A stretch of 64,000 nucleotides of DNA from Escherichia coli (GCF_046105845.1 NZ_CP151004.1), one strand, 5' to 3'. Counted from the first letter of the stretch, positions 35,522-46,052 are shown. The notes: a model not told the origin generated them from the sequence alone. Translations and numbers: made by a program.

Positions 35522-35932
35522 ATGTCCAGACCAACTATCATCATTAACGACCTGGATGCCGAACGCATCGATATTCTGCTGGAGCAACCCGCCTATGCTG
35601 GTTTGCCAATCGCCGACGCGTTAAACGCAGAGTTGGATCGCGCCCAAATGTGTTCGCCAGAAGAGATGCCACACGACGTGGTGACAATGAACAGCCGGGT
35701 TAAATTCCGCAATCTTAGCGATGGCGAAGTGCGTGTGCGCACGCTGGTGTATCCGGCAAAAATGACCGACAGCAATACTCAGCTTTCCGTTATGGCTCCG
35801 GTAGGTGCCGCACTGCTGGGGCTGCGCGTTGGCGATTCCATTCACTGGGAACTTCCGGGCGGCGTTGCAACCCACCTTGAAGTGCTGGAACTCGAATACC
35901 AGCCAGAAGCTGCTGGCGACTACCTGCTTTAA
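35522..35932 (+). CDS. rnk: Regulator of nucleoside diphosphate kinase (GreA/GreB-like)
   Basis: 136-aa [25 protein letters not shown]... Confidence 0.9.
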
Positions 35933-35963
35933 TCCCATCTGCACAAGCGATAACTCGCTTTGC

Positions 35964-35991
35964 CCAGAGGATGCACTCGCATCCTCTTTCC
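35964..35991 (+). terminator. Candidate terminator hairpin after rnk
   Basis: GAGGATGC-actc-GCATCCTC then TTTCC. Confidence 0.5.
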
Positions 35992-36074
35992 GCTCAAATA
36001 TCAACCAGATTTATCATTTTGCTCTTAAGCGCAGCATTCTAATCTGAACTGGTTATTCATCTGCGGAACCTCAT

Positions 36075-36164
36075 ATGAGCGAAGCTCTCGGTATCACTGC
36101 ATTTTATATATTCATAGCCGCAATTATTGTTGCTGCAGTGCTATACCTTGAACAACGCTGGTAG
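36075..36164 (+). CDS. Hypothetical 29-aa single-TM hydrophobic peptide (MSEALGITAFYIFIAAIIVAAVLYLEQRW), unannotated candidate
   Basis: ATG-initiated ORF verified codon by codon; one predicted TM helix; no strong SD, so coding status is uncertain. Confidence 0.25.
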   Translation: MSEALGITAFYIFIAAIIVAAVLYLEQRW

Positions 36165-36287
36165 CGCCTGGTTTTATTTATTTTCCAGCTCAATAGCAAA
36201 TTCAGATCAAATCAGCCTCGCAAATCATAGATTCATAACCAATAATGTGCTGTTATGTATACATGCAAAAACAAGGAGAGAATGCTT

Positions 36288-36716
36288 ATGTACAAAACAA
36301 TCATCATGCCAGTTGATGTATTTGAAATGGAATTGAGCGACAAAGCGGTTCGCCACGCTGAATTCCTCGCCCAGGATGACGGAGTTATTCATCTACTTCA
36401 CGTACTACCGGGGTCAGCCAGCCTGAGCCTGCACCGTTTTGCCGCTGATGTACGTCGTTTTGAAGAGCATCTGCAACATGAAGCAGAAGAACGTTTGCAA
36501 ACGATGGTCAGCCACTTCACCATCGATCCTTCCCGCATTAAACAACATGTCCGTTTTGGTAGCGTGCGGGATGAAGTTAACGAGTTAGCGAAAGAACTTG
36601 ATGCAGATGTAGTAGTGATTGGTTCGCGTAACCCATCAATTTCAACTCATCTGTTGGGTTCTAACGCCTCGAGCGTGATCCGCCACGCCAATTTGCCGGT
36701 GCTGGTTGTGCGTTAA
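36288..36716 (+). CDS. uspG: Universal stress protein G
   Basis: 142 aa from [22 protein letters not shown] 8 nt upstream. Confidence 0.9.
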   Translation: MYKTIIMPVDVFEMELSDKAVRHAEFLAQDDGVIHLLHVLPGSASLSLHRFAADVRRFEEHLQHEAEERLQTMVSHFTIDPSRIKQHVRFGSVRDEVNELAKELDADVVVIGSRNPSISTHLLGSNASSVIRHANLPVLVVR

Positions 36717-36732
36717 TTGCCAGAATAAGTAT

Positions 36733-36768
36733 CCCGCCCTGCCCGGAGCCATCCCGGCGGGGCTTTTT
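36733..36768 (+). terminator. Candidate terminator after uspG
   Basis: GC-rich hairpin CCCGCC...GGCGGGG followed by CTTTTTATT. Confidence 0.5.
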
Positions 36769-36769
36769 A

Positions 36770-36808
36770 TTGCCATAAAAAAGCCGCCAGGTTTGACCCC
36801 GGCGGCTA
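36770..36808 (-). terminator. Intrinsic terminator after ahpF
   Basis: Minus-strand hairpin AGCCGCC...GGCGGCT followed by TTTTTTATGGC. Confidence 0.6.
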
Positions 36809-36836
36809 AGCAATTGCAGGTGAATCTTACTTCTTC

Positions 36837-38402
36837 TTATGCTGTTTTGGTGCGAATCAGGTAGTCAAAAGCACTCAGAGAGGCTTTGGCACCTTCGCCA
36901 GTGGCGATGATGATCTGCTTGTACGGAACCGTTGTACAGTCACCCGCTGCGAACACGCCTTTCACGTTGGTTTCGCATTTCGCATCAATGATAATCTCGC
37001 CCATGCGGTTACGTTCGACTGCGCCTTCGAGCCAGTTGGTGTTCGGCAGCAGACCAATCTGCACGAAAATACCGGCCAGTTCGATGTTGTGAATATCGCC
37101 GCTGACACGATCTCGATATTCCAGACCAATGACTTTGCTGCCGTCGCCTTTCACTTCCGTAGTTTGCGCATTCAGAATAATGTCGACGTTTTTCAGGCTG
37201 CGCAGTTTGTCCTGCAGAACCTGGTCGGCTTTCATTTCTGGCGCAAATTCCAGCAGCGTTACGTGCTCAACGATACCCGCCAGGTCGATTGCCGCTTCCA
37301 CGCCGGAGTTACCGCCGCCGATAACCGCTACGCGTTTGCCTTTAAACAGCGGGCCGTCGCAGTGCGGGCAGTAGGTCACGCCTTTGGTGCGATACTGATC
37401 TTCGCCCGGAACGTTCATGTTGCGCCATTTTGCACCGGTCGCCACGATAATGCTGCGTGCTTTCAGTACCGCGCCAGAAGCTGTTTCAATCTGATGCAGA
37501 CCACCTTCAACCGCTGCCGGGATCAGTTTGCTGGCGCTCTGGCTGTCGATCACATCAACGTCGTATTCATCAACGTGAACTTTCAGCGCTCCTGCCAGCT
37601 TCTGCCCTTCAGTCTTCGGTACAGAAATGTAGTTTTCGATATCAACGGTATCGAGGATCTGACCACCAAAACGTTCGCCCATCAGACCAGTACGGATGCC
37701 TTTACGTGCGGAGTAAATTGCTGCCGCTGCACCCGCTGGGCCGGAACCGACGATTAATACGTCATAAGCATCACGCTTGTTCAGCTCTTCTGCCGCACGT
37801 TTTTCCGCGCCAGTATCAATTTTGGCGACGATTTCAGTCAACGTCATGCGACCCTGACCAAACTCTTTCCCGTTTACGAATACTGCCGGAACGCCCATCA
37901 CGTTGCGATCGGTGATTTCGTTCTGGAAGGTACCTCCGTCAATTGCAGTGTGCTTGATGCGCGGGTTCAGTACGCTCATCAGGTTCAGCGCCTGCACCAC
38001 ATCCGGGCAGTTGTGGCAAGAGAGCGAGTAATAGGTTTCGAATTCAAAATCACCGTCAATATGGCGAATCTGCTCCAGCAGAGACTGCGCTTCTTTCGAC
38101 GGATGACCACCGGTCCACAACAACGCCAGTACCAGCGAGGTAAACTCGTGGCCCAGCGGGGAACCTGCAAAACGTGGCCCCTGGTTAGAACCTGGGTTAG
38201 TGATCAGGAAAGACGGCTTACGCACCGGCAAGCTGTTATCTTCTTTAAAGGTGACTTTGTCTGACAGTTCTGCGATTTCAGCCAACAGTTCCTTGATTTC
38301 TGCCGATTTAGCGCTGTCATCCAGCGTGGCAATTAACTCAACAGGCTTGGTCAATTTCTCAAGGTAAGCCTTGAGTTGAGTTTTCATATTTGTGTCGAGC
38401 AT
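36837..38402 (-). CDS. ahpF: Alkyl hydroperoxide reductase subunit F (flavoprotein disulfide reductase)
   Basis: 521 aa from [21 protein letters not shown] and CPHCDG redox motifs. Confidence 0.95.
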   Translation of the reverse strand: MLDTNMKTQLKAYLEKLTKPVELIATLDDSAKSAEIKELLAEIAELSDKVTFKEDNSLPVRKPSFLITNPGSNQGPRFAGSPLGHEFTSLVLALLWTGGHPSKEAQSLLEQIRHIDGDFEFETYYSLSCHNCPDVVQALNLMSVLNPRIKHTAIDGGTFQNEITDRNVMGVPAVFVNGKEFGQGRMTLTEIVAKIDTGAEKRAAEELNKRDAYDVLIVGSGPAGAAAAIYSARKGIRTGLMGERFGGQILDTVDIENYISVPKTEGQKLAGALKVHVDEYDVDVIDSQSASKLIPAAVEGGLHQIETASGAVLKARSIIVATGAKWRNMNVPGEDQYRTKGVTYCPHCDGPLFKGKRVAVIGGGNSGVEAAIDLAGIVEHVTLLEFAPEMKADQVLQDKLRSLKNVDIILNAQTTEVKGDGSKVIGLEYRDRVSGDIHNIELAGIFVQIGLLPNTNWLEGAVERNRMGEIIIDAKCETNVKGVFAAGDCTTVPYKQIIIATGEGAKASLSAFDYLIRTKTA

Positions 38403-38572
38403 GTTTATCTCCTGGGCTTTAAACATCATCATGCAAGCGGCCTCTGCGGCTACCTGGATGCAGCTTGCATCATGGTGCGGGGAAGAAAATCGGGTGCCGC
38501 AGCACCCGAAGAATTAGGTGAATTTCCGAAGTATTTCGCGCCGGAGTTGGTAGCGCGAAAGACGAAGGAAAT

Positions 38573-39136
38573 TTAGATTTTACCAACCAGGTCCAGAGAC
38601 GGAGCCAGAGTTGCTTCACCTTCTTTCCATTTAGCCGGGCAAACTTCACCTGGGTGAGAAGCTACGTACTGTGCTGCTTTGATTTTACGCAGCAGGTCAG
38701 ACGCGTCACGGCCAATGCCTTCAGCGGTAACTTCGATTGCCTGGATGATACCCTGCGGGTCAACAACGAAGGTCGCACGGTCAGCCAGACCTTCATCTTC
38801 ACGCATGTTGTCGAAGTTACGGGTCAGGGCGCCAGTCGGGTCGCCGATCATCGCATATTTGATTTTAGCGATGGTTTCAGAGCTGCTGTGCCATGCTTTG
38901 TGGGTGAAATGAGTATCGGTAGATACTGCGTATACGTCTACGCCCAGTTTCTGCAGTTCTTCGTAGTGGTCAGCAACGTCACCCAGTTCGGTCGGGCATA
39001 CGAAAGTAAAGTCAGCCGGGTAGAAGAAGAAGACGCTCCAGCGGCCTTCGGTATCTTTTTCGGTGATTTCGATGAATTCGCCGTTTTTGAATGCCTGGTT
39101 TTTAAAAGGTTTAATTTTGGTGTTAATCAAGGACAT
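38573..39136 (-). CDS. ahpC: Alkyl hydroperoxide reductase subunit C (peroxiredoxin)
   Basis: 187 aa [21 protein letters not shown]...; peroxidatic Cys in FTFVCPTEL. Confidence 0.97.
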   Translation of the reverse strand: MSLINTKIKPFKNQAFKNGEFIEITEKDTEGRWSVFFFYPADFTFVCPTELGDVADHYEELQKLGVDVYAVSTDTHFTHKAWHSSSETIAKIKYAMIGDPTGALTRNFDNMREDEGLADRATFVVDPQGIIQAIEVTAEGIGRDASDLLRKIKAAQYVASHPGEVCPAKWKEGEATLAPSLDLVGKI

Positions 39137-39507
39137 CTATACTTCCTCCGTGTTTTCGATGAGATGTAAGGTAACCAATTTTTGCCGATTCGGCTAATGC
39201 GTTTCCATTATCAAATCGATAAGTTTTACCTTACAACCTTCGTAAGACAACTTTGTGAACTTTGCACCGCCAGCGGCGATAAAAAGTAAAATGGCCCCCT
39301 TTCCAGGTGACCGTGTAATCTGAACTACCCTTTGGTATCTTCAGCGCCTGCCTGCAGGCTGAGGTGTTGCCCTTACAAATGCAACAACGACATGGATTAC
39401 AACACCCTCATAAACAAAGGGCAATCACCTGATCTAAGCTCTTACCTATGACAGTGATAGGTTATGCCTTTTACTCGACTTTTGCACTGACTGAAAAGGA
39501 CAAATTA

Positions 39508-40254
39508 ATGTTAAAAAAGATACTTTTACTGGCTCTGCTTCCTGCAATCGCCTTCGCAGAGGAACTTCCTGATCCAGTAAAAGCGATTGAAAAACAGGGC
39601 ATTACAATCATCAAAACGTTCGATGCTCCCGGAGGAATGAAAGGTTATCTCGGCAAGTATCAGGATATGGGCGTCACCATCTACCTGACTCCAGATGGTA
39701 AGCACGCTATCTCTGGTTACATGTACAACGAGAAAGGTGAAAACCTGAGTAACACACTTATCGAAAAAGAAATTTACGCACCAGCCGGACGCGAAATGTG
39801 GCAACGGATGGAACAATCCCACTGGCTCCTCGACGGTAAAAAAGACGCGCCGGTCATTGTCTACGTCTTCGCCGATCCGTTCTGCCCATATTGTAAACAG
39901 TTCTGGCAGCAGGCTCGTCCGTGGGTAGATTCTGGCAAAGTGCAATTAAGAACATTGTTGGTTGGGGTTATCAAACCAGAAAGCCCGGCGACAGCAGCGG
40001 CAATTCTTGCCTCCAAAGATCCCGCAAAAACCTGGCAAGAATATGAAGCCTCTGGTGGCAAGCTTAAGCTAAACGTGCCTGCAAACGTAAGTACAGAGCA
40101 AATGAAAGTGTTAAGCGACAACGAGAAACTCATGGACGATCTGGGGGCAAATGTCACACCAGCTATCTATTACATGAGTAAGGAGAATACGCTGCAACAG
40201 GCCGTGGGGTTGCCCGATCAGAAAACGCTTAATATCATTATGGGGAATAAATAA
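39508..40254 (+). CDS. dsbG: Periplasmic disulfide isomerase DsbG
   Basis: 248 aa from [21 protein letters not shown] active site. Confidence 0.9.
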   Translation: MLKKILLLALLPAIAFAEELPDPVKAIEKQGITIIKTFDAPGGMKGYLGKYQDMGVTIYLTPDGKHAISGYMYNEKGENLSNTLIEKEIYAPAGREMWQRMEQSHWLLDGKKDAPVIVYVFADPFCPYCKQFWQQARPWVDSGKVQLRTLLVGVIKPESPATAAAILASKDPAKTWQEYEASGGKLKLNVPANVSTEQMKVLSDNEKLMDDLGANVTPAIYYMSKENTLQQAVGLPDQKTLNIIMGNK

Positions 40255-40463
40255 AAGGTAATTCATGGATGGTTGAACTATATCCCTGCTTTTCAACCAT
40301 CCTAAAAAAGCATGAATTGCTCGCTCTGCCCTAAGTGGCTGTGCTATTTTAGTAAAACTTAATCCTGAGTTAAGCAAAAAAAAATAATCAATAAAAATAT
40401 ATACGCAAAAAAACATTGATTAAGTGAATATATCATGGAAGAAAAATATAACCGGAGTAGTGT

Positions 40464-41366
40464 ATGGCCAATCTCTACGACTTGAAAAAGTTCGACTTAA
40501 ATCTTCTTGTCATATTTGAGTGTATTTATCAGCATTTAAGCATTAGCAAGGCTGCTGAATCACTATATATCACCCCGTCAGCCGTGAGCCAGTCGTTACA
40601 ACGCTTACGTGCGCAATTTAATGACCCTTTATTCATTCGCTCAGGAAAAGGTATCGCGCCGACGACGACAGGGTTAAATCTGCATCACCATCTTGAGAAA
40701 AATCTCAGAGGCCTTGAACAAACAATTAATATAGTCAATAAGTCCGAACTAAAGAAAAACTTTATTATCTACGGTCCTCAGCTCATTTCTTGCTCTAATA
40801 ATAGTATGCTGATCCGCTGCCTACGGCAAGATGCCTCTGTCGAGATTGAGTGCCATGATATCCTCATGTCAGCAGAGAATGCTGAAGAACTGTTGGTTCA
40901 CCGCAAAGCCGATCTGGTGATCACCCAAATGCCAGTGATCAGCCGTTCCGTCATTTGCATGCCATTGCATACAATTCGCAATACTCTAATTTGTAGTATT
41001 AAGCATCCGCGAATTACTGACAATAGCACTTATGAACAAATTATGGCAGAAGAGTTCACCCAATTAATATCCAAATCAGCAGGAGTTGATGATATTCAAA
41101 TGGAAATAGACGAGAAGTTTATGAATCGCAAAATTTCATTTCGTGGTTCCTCTTTGCTGACAATCATTAATAGCATTGCAGTTACAGATTTACTGGGAAT
41201 AGTCCCCTATGAACTTTATAACTCCCACCGTGACTTTCTTAATTTAAAAGAGATAAAACTAGAACATCCGTTACCTTCAATAAAGCTTTACATTTCCTAT
41301 AATAAATCTTCTTTAAACAATCTGGTGTTCTCACGATTTATTGACCGTCTAAATGAGTGTTTTTGA
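40464..41366 (+). CDS. ybdO: LysR-family transcriptional regulator, uncharacterized
   Basis: 300 aa, N-terminal HTH (LYITPSAVSQSLQRLR); AT-rich gene. Confidence 0.85.
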   Translation: MANLYDLKKFDLNLLVIFECIYQHLSISKAAESLYITPSAVSQSLQRLRAQFNDPLFIRSGKGIAPTTTGLNLHHHLEKNLRGLEQTINIVNKSELKKNFIIYGPQLISCSNNSMLIRCLRQDASVEIECHDILMSAENAEELLVHRKADLVITQMPVISRSVICMPLHTIRNTLICSIKHPRITDNSTYEQIMAEEFTQLISKSAGVDDIQMEIDEKFMNRKISFRGSSLLTIINSIAVTDLLGIVPYELYNSHRDFLNLKEIKLEHPLPSIKLYISYNKSSLNNLVFSRFIDRLNECF

Positions 41367-41512
41367 TATATAACTTCAGACAGCTACTATAACTTTCACC
41401 TATTTATTCACAGCGCGAATGAAAAATAAAACACTCTGCTTTTCAGTGTTTACTTTATAATTAACAGTCTTATCTCACTGATCACCCTGTAACGTTCAGA
41501 GAGCGTCTTCAG

Positions 41513-42733
41513 ATGTCTATTTATAAAATTCCTCTTCCGCTCAATATTCTGGAAGCTGCAAAAGAACGTATTACCTGGACACTTAACACCCTACCCCGCG
41601 TTTGTGTCTCATTTTCTGGCGGCAAAGACTCTGGTTTAATGCTGCATCTGACAGCCGAACTTGCTCGACAAATGGGCAAAAAAATCTGTGTTTTGTTTAT
41701 CGACTGGGAGGCGCAATTCTCTTGCACCATTAACTATGTTCAGTCCCTGCGCGAGTTGTACACCGATGTGATCGAAGAGTTTTACTGGGTTGCGCTCCCG
41801 CTTACGACGCAAAATTCCCTTTCACAATACCAACCCGAATGGCAGTGCTGGGAACCTGATGTCGAATGGGTACGTCAGCCCCCGCAAGATGCGATAACCG
41901 ATCCTGACTTTTTCTCCTTTTACCAGCCTGGCATGACCTTCGAACAATTTGTGCGTGAGTTTGCCGAATGGTTTTCGCAAAAACGCCCGGCGGCGATGAT
42001 GATCGGCATCCGTGCGGATGAGTCCTACAACCGTTTTGTCGCCATCGCCAGTTTAAATAAACAACGTTTTGCCGACGATAAACCCTGGACTACGGCCGCA
42101 CCAGGCGGGCATAGCTGGTACATTTACCCCATTTACGACTGGAAAGTGGCTGATATCTGGACCTGGTATGCAAATCATCAAAGTCTCTGCAACCCACTGT
42201 ATAACCTAATGTATCAGGCAGGCGTTCCTCTGCGTCATATGCGAATTTGCGAACCTTTTGGCCCGGAGCAACGACAAGGATTATGGCTCTATCACGTTAT
42301 CGAACCGGATCGCTGGGCTGCTATGTGCGCACGAGTCAGCGGGGTAAAAAGTGGCGGCATTTACGCCGGACATGACAATCATTTTTATGGTCATCGGAAA
42401 ATCCTCAAGCCCGAACATTTAGACTGGCAGGAGTATGCATTATTGCTACTCAACAGCATGCCGGAGAAAACAGCTGAGCATTATCGCAATAAAATCGCCA
42501 TTTATTTGCACTGGTATCAGAAAAAAGGCATCGAGGTTCCACAAACCCAGCAAGGGGACATTGGCGCGAAAGATATCCCCTCCTGGCGGCGAATATGCAA
42601 AGTTTTACTCAATAACGATTACTGGTGTCGGGCATTATCATTTAGCCCGACCAAAGCGAAGAACTATCAGCGTTATAACGAACGAATAAAAGGAAAACGT
42701 CAGGAATGGGGGATACTATGCAACAACGATTAA
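41513..42733 (+). CDS. ybdN: PP-loop ATPase / PAPS-reductase-like protein (IbrA-like), uncharacterized
   Basis: 406 aa; PP-loop SFSGGKDS motif visible in translation. Confidence 0.85.
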   Translation: MSIYKIPLPLNILEAAKERITWTLNTLPRVCVSFSGGKDSGLMLHLTAELARQMGKKICVLFIDWEAQFSCTINYVQSLRELYTDVIEEFYWVALPLTTQNSLSQYQPEWQCWEPDVEWVRQPPQDAITDPDFFSFYQPGMTFEQFVREFAEWFSQKRPAAMMIGIRADESYNRFVAIASLNKQRFADDKPWTTAAPGGHSWYIYPIYDWKVADIWTWYANHQSLCNPLYNLMYQAGVPLRHMRICEPFGPEQRQGLWLYHVIEPDRWAAMCARVSGVKSGGIYAGHDNHFYGHRKILKPEHLDWQEYALLLLNSMPEKTAEHYRNKIAIYLHWYQKKGIEVPQTQQGDIGAKDIPSWRRICKVLLNNDYWCRALSFSPTKAKNYQRYNERIKGKRQEWGILCNND

Positions 42734-43335
42734 CGCAGGATTTAACCCAATTTCTCGCCAGCTTGCCGGAAGACGATCGCATCAAAGCGATTAATGAAAT
42801 CCGCATGGCGATCCATCAGGTTAGCCCCTTTCGAGAAGAGCCAGTGGATTGCGTTCTGTGGGTTAAAAACAGCCAACTTATGCCTAATGATTACAACCCA
42901 AACAACGTGGCACCACCCGAAAAAAAACTGCTGAAAAAATCCATTGAAATAGATGGTTTTACCCAACCCATTGTGGTCACGCATACGGATAAAAATGCCC
43001 TGGAAATCGTGGATGGTTTTCACCGCCATGAAATTGGTAAAGGCTCATCATCGTTAAAATTACGCTTAAAAGGTTATTTGCCGGTGACCTGTCTGGAAGG
43101 TACGCGTAATCAACGCATCGCCGCGACTATTCGTCATAATCGCGCCCGTGGACGTCACCAAATCACTGCCATGTCAGAAATCGTCCGTGAACTCAGCCAG
43201 TTGGGATGGGACGATCATAAAATCGGCAAAGAGCTGGGAATGGACGGCGACGAAGTGCTGCGCCTGAAGCAAATTAACGGCCTGCAAGAACTGTTTGCCG
43301 ACCGTCAATTTTCCCGCGCCTGGACGGTTAAATAA
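42706..43335 (+). CDS. ybdM: ParB-like nuclease-domain protein (IbrB-like), uncharacterized
   Basis: 209 aa; IVDGFHRH ParB/Srx-type motif; 28-bp overlap with ybdN. Confidence 0.8.
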   Translation: MGDTMQQRLTQDLTQFLASLPEDDRIKAINEIRMAIHQVSPFREEPVDCVLWVKNSQLMPNDYNPNNVAPPEKKLLKKSIEIDGFTQPIVVTHTDKNALEIVDGFHRHEIGKGSSSLKLRLKGYLPVTCLEGTRNQRIAATIRHNRARGRHQITAMSEIVRELSQLGWDDHKIGKELGMDGDEVLRLKQINGLQELFADRQFSRAWTVK

Positions 43336-44496
43336 CTACAGCTGGCGCAGGCGTTCAGCTGCTGCCAGCAACGTCGATTCCTTCTTGGCAAAACAGAGAC
43401 GAATCAGTTTATGGGGGAAGGGATCGGCGCAAAACACCGACAGCGGAATCGCCGCTACACCGTGCTCCCGCGTCAGCCACTGGCAAAACTCAACGTCATC
43501 CAGGGTAGAAACCGCGCTGTAATCCACCAGCAAAAAGTATGTACCTTCACACGGTAAAATCTCCAGCCGGCTTTCATTTAAAGCATTCACCAGAATATCG
43601 CGTTTCTGGCGATAAAAGTCCGGTAACGCAAGATAATGCTCAGGTTCTGCACGTAGCATATCCGCAAGTGCCAGCTGTGCCGGGGTATTCACCGAAAAGG
43701 TCAGATACTGGTGTACCTTGCGAATTTCAGCGCTGATGGGCGCTGGCGCAACGCAATAACCCACTTTCCAGCCGGTCATATGATAGGTCTTGCCAAATGA
43801 AGAAACTGCCACCGCCCGCTCACGCAGCTGCGGATGCGCCAGCACGCTGGCATGGCCCTGTTGTGAAAAGTTGATGTGCTCGTAAACTTCATCGCTAATG
43901 ACAAAAATCTCGTGCCCGCCGATCGCCTGCCACAGAGCGGAGAAATCAGCCTGCTGCCAGACAGTTGCACTGGGGTTATGCGGGGTGTTGAGGATCACCA
44001 GTCGGGTGCGCTCGCTTAACAATGCGGCAAATTCCTGCCAGTCCACGCGAAAATGCGGTGGTTGCAGTGCAATACGTTTCACTATTCCCCCCGAAAGCGC
44101 GATGGCGGGCGCGTAACTGTCATAGCTGGGATCAAAGCAGATCACTTCATCACCATTGCGCACCAATGCGGTAATCGCTGCATATAACGCTTCCGTCGCC
44201 CCTGCCGTTACGGTGATATCGCTATCGGCATCCGGTTGATAGCCATACAGACGTTCCGTTTTCTGAGCAATCGCCTCGCGCAAGGCCTGCACGCCAGTCA
44301 TAGGCGCGTATTGGTTTGCCCCCTGGGCAACGTGGTACGCCAGCCGCTCTTGTAAATAGCGCGGACCATCAAAATCAGGAAAGCCTTGCGAAAGGTTAAT
44401 CGCCTGGTGTTGCTGCGCCAGCGCGCTCATCTGGGTGAAAATAGTGGTGCCAAGTTGTGGAAGTTTGCTTTGTGGAATCAGAGGGTTATTTGTCAT
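43336..44496 (-). CDS. ybdL: PLP-dependent methionine aminotransferase
   Basis: 386 aa; fold-type I aminotransferase with SFGKT PLP-lysine motif. Confidence 0.9.
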   Translation of the reverse strand: MTNNPLIPQSKLPQLGTTIFTQMSALAQQHQAINLSQGFPDFDGPRYLQERLAYHVAQGANQYAPMTGVQALREAIAQKTERLYGYQPDADSDITVTAGATEALYAAITALVRNGDEVICFDPSYDSYAPAIALSGGIVKRIALQPPHFRVDWQEFAALLSERTRLVILNTPHNPSATVWQQADFSALWQAIGGHEIFVISDEVYEHINFSQQGHASVLAHPQLRERAVAVSSFGKTYHMTGWKVGYCVAPAPISAEIRKVHQYLTFSVNTPAQLALADMLRAEPEHYLALPDFYRQKRDILVNALNESRLEILPCEGTYFLLVDYSAVSTLDDVEFCQWLTREHGVAAIPLSVFCADPFPHKLIRLCFAKKESTLLAAAERLRQL

Positions 44497-44604
44497 TTTT
44501 ATTGTACCTGACGAAGTTGCGTGTTGAAGGCACTATAACACGATGCTAGTATTTGGCAATCAAGACGTTTAGATGTCTAAATAAAACAATAAGGACAACA
44601 CAAC

Positions 44605-45693
44605 ATGCCTCACAATCCTATCCGCGTGGTCGTCGGCCCGGCTAACTACTTTTCACATCCAGGAAGTTTCAATCACCTGCACGATTTTTTCACTGATGAA
44701 CAGCTTTCTCACGCGGTGTGGATCTACGGCGAACGCGCCATTGCTGCGGCGCAAACAAAACTTCCGCCAGCGTTTGAACTGCCAAGGGCAAAGCATATTT
44801 TGTTTCGCGGCCATTGCAGCGAAAGCGATGTACAACAACTGGCGGCTGAGTCCGGTGACGATCGCAGCGTGGTGATTGGCGTCGGCGGCGGCGCACTGCT
44901 CGACACCGCGAAAGCCCTCGCCCGCCGTCTCGGTCTGCCGTTTGTTGCCGTTCCGACGATCGCCGCCACCTGCGCCGCCTGGACACCGCTCTCCGTCTGG
45001 TATAACGATGCCGGACAGGCGCTGCATTATGAGATTTTCGACGACGCCAATTTTATGGTGCTGGTGGAGCCAGAGATTATCCTCAACGCGCCGCACCAAT
45101 ATCTGCTGGCGGGGATCGGTGACACGCTGGCGAAATGGTATGAAGCGGTGGTGCTGGCTCCGCAACCAGAAACGTTGCCGCTAACCGTGCGGCTGGGGAT
45201 CAATAATGCGCAGGCCATTCGCGACGTCTTGTTAAACAGTAGCGAACAGGCGCTGAGCGATCAGCAAAAACAACAGTTAACGCAATCATTTTGCGATGTG
45301 GTGGATGCTATTATTGCTGGTGGTGGGATGGTCGGTGGTCTGGGCGATCGTTTTACGCGTGTGGCGGCGGCCCATGCCGTGCATAACGGTCTGACCGTTT
45401 TGCCGCAAACCGAGAAGTTTCTCCACGGCACCAAAGTCGCCTACGGAATTCTGGTGCAAAGCGCCTTGCTGGGTCAGGATGATGTGCTGGCGCAATTAAC
45501 AGAGGCGTATCAGCGTTTTCATCTGCCGACTACGCTGGCGGAGCTGGAAGTGGATATCAATAATCAGGTGGAGATCGACAAAATGATTGCCCACACCCTA
45601 CGTCCAGTGGAATCCATTCATTACCTGCCAGTCACGCTGACACCAGATACCTTGCGTGCAGCGTTCGAAAAAGTGGAATCGTTTAAAGCCTGA
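44605..45693 (+). CDS. ybdH: Iron-containing alcohol dehydrogenase family protein (hydroxycarboxylate dehydrogenase)
   Basis: 362 aa; GVGGGALLDTAK glycine-rich motif. Confidence 0.88.
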   Translation: MPHNPIRVVVGPANYFSHPGSFNHLHDFFTDEQLSHAVWIYGERAIAAAQTKLPPAFELPRAKHILFRGHCSESDVQQLAAESGDDRSVVIGVGGGALLDTAKALARRLGLPFVAVPTIAATCAAWTPLSVWYNDAGQALHYEIFDDANFMVLVEPEIILNAPHQYLLAGIGDTLAKWYEAVVLAPQPETLPLTVRLGINNAQAIRDVLLNSSEQALSDQQKQQLTQSFCDVVDAIIAGGGMVGGLGDRFTRVAAAHAVHNGLTVLPQTEKFLHGTKVAYGILVQSALLGQDDVLAQLTEAYQRFHLPTTLAELEVDINNQVEIDKMIAHTLRPVESIHYLPVTLTPDTLRAAFEKVESFKA

Positions 45694-45702
45694 CGTACAC
45701 AT

Positions 45703-45900
45703 TTAGCAGCAGCGCGCGCCGCCTTTTCCACCGTAGCGCGCGTCCTGCCGCTCACGGAAAAACTCCTCGTAGGTCATCGGCGTTTGATCGGGATGGTTAA
45801 CCCGCATATGTTCGACATAGTTGTCGTAATCAGGCATACCAATCATCAGCTTCGCCGCCTGACCTAAATATTTTCCGGCTTTTGCCAGTGAATCAAACAT
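45703..45900 (-). CDS. ybdD: Small DUF466 protein downstream of cstA
   Basis: 65 aa from [19 protein letters not shown]...; conserved pairing with cstA. Confidence 0.85.
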   Translation of the reverse strand: MFDSLAKAGKYLGQAAKLMIGMPDYDNYVEHMRVNHPDQTPMTYEEFFRERQDARYGGKGGARCC

Positions 45901-45959
45901 CAATACCTCCGGTAAACAGGTTGCTGATAGAGTGCATTAATAGCTATCAACGCGCTCGG

Positions 45960-46050
45960 TCAGTCCCCTCGCCCCACAGGAGAGAGGGTTAGGGTGAGGG
46001 GGAACCCTCGGCACCATGCCAACATTCGCCAACATCCCCCCTCACTCTGA
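45960..46050. repeat. GC-rich repeat element in the ybdD-cstA spacer
   Basis: Three copies of a CCCCTC(A/G)CC(CC) motif in direct and inverted orientation (45965-45975, 46001-46012 inverted, 46036-46047). Confidence 0.4.
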
Positions 46051-46052
46051 CT

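Noticed and set aside
35805-36336. ORFs 35805-36047 (80 aa) and 36127-36336 (69 aa) in the rnk-uspG gap
   Set aside because: Both overlap flanking genes or the uspG promoter/RBS, have no ribosome binding site, and are low-complexity; only the 29-aa hydrophobic ORF at 36075-36164 was kept as a low-confidence candidate.
38403-38572. Possible small gene or sRNA in the ahpC-ahpF spacer
   Set aside because: The 170-bp spacer is adequately explained by a partial terminator hairpin (GGGTGC...GCACCC) within the ahpCF operon; no convincing independent ORF.
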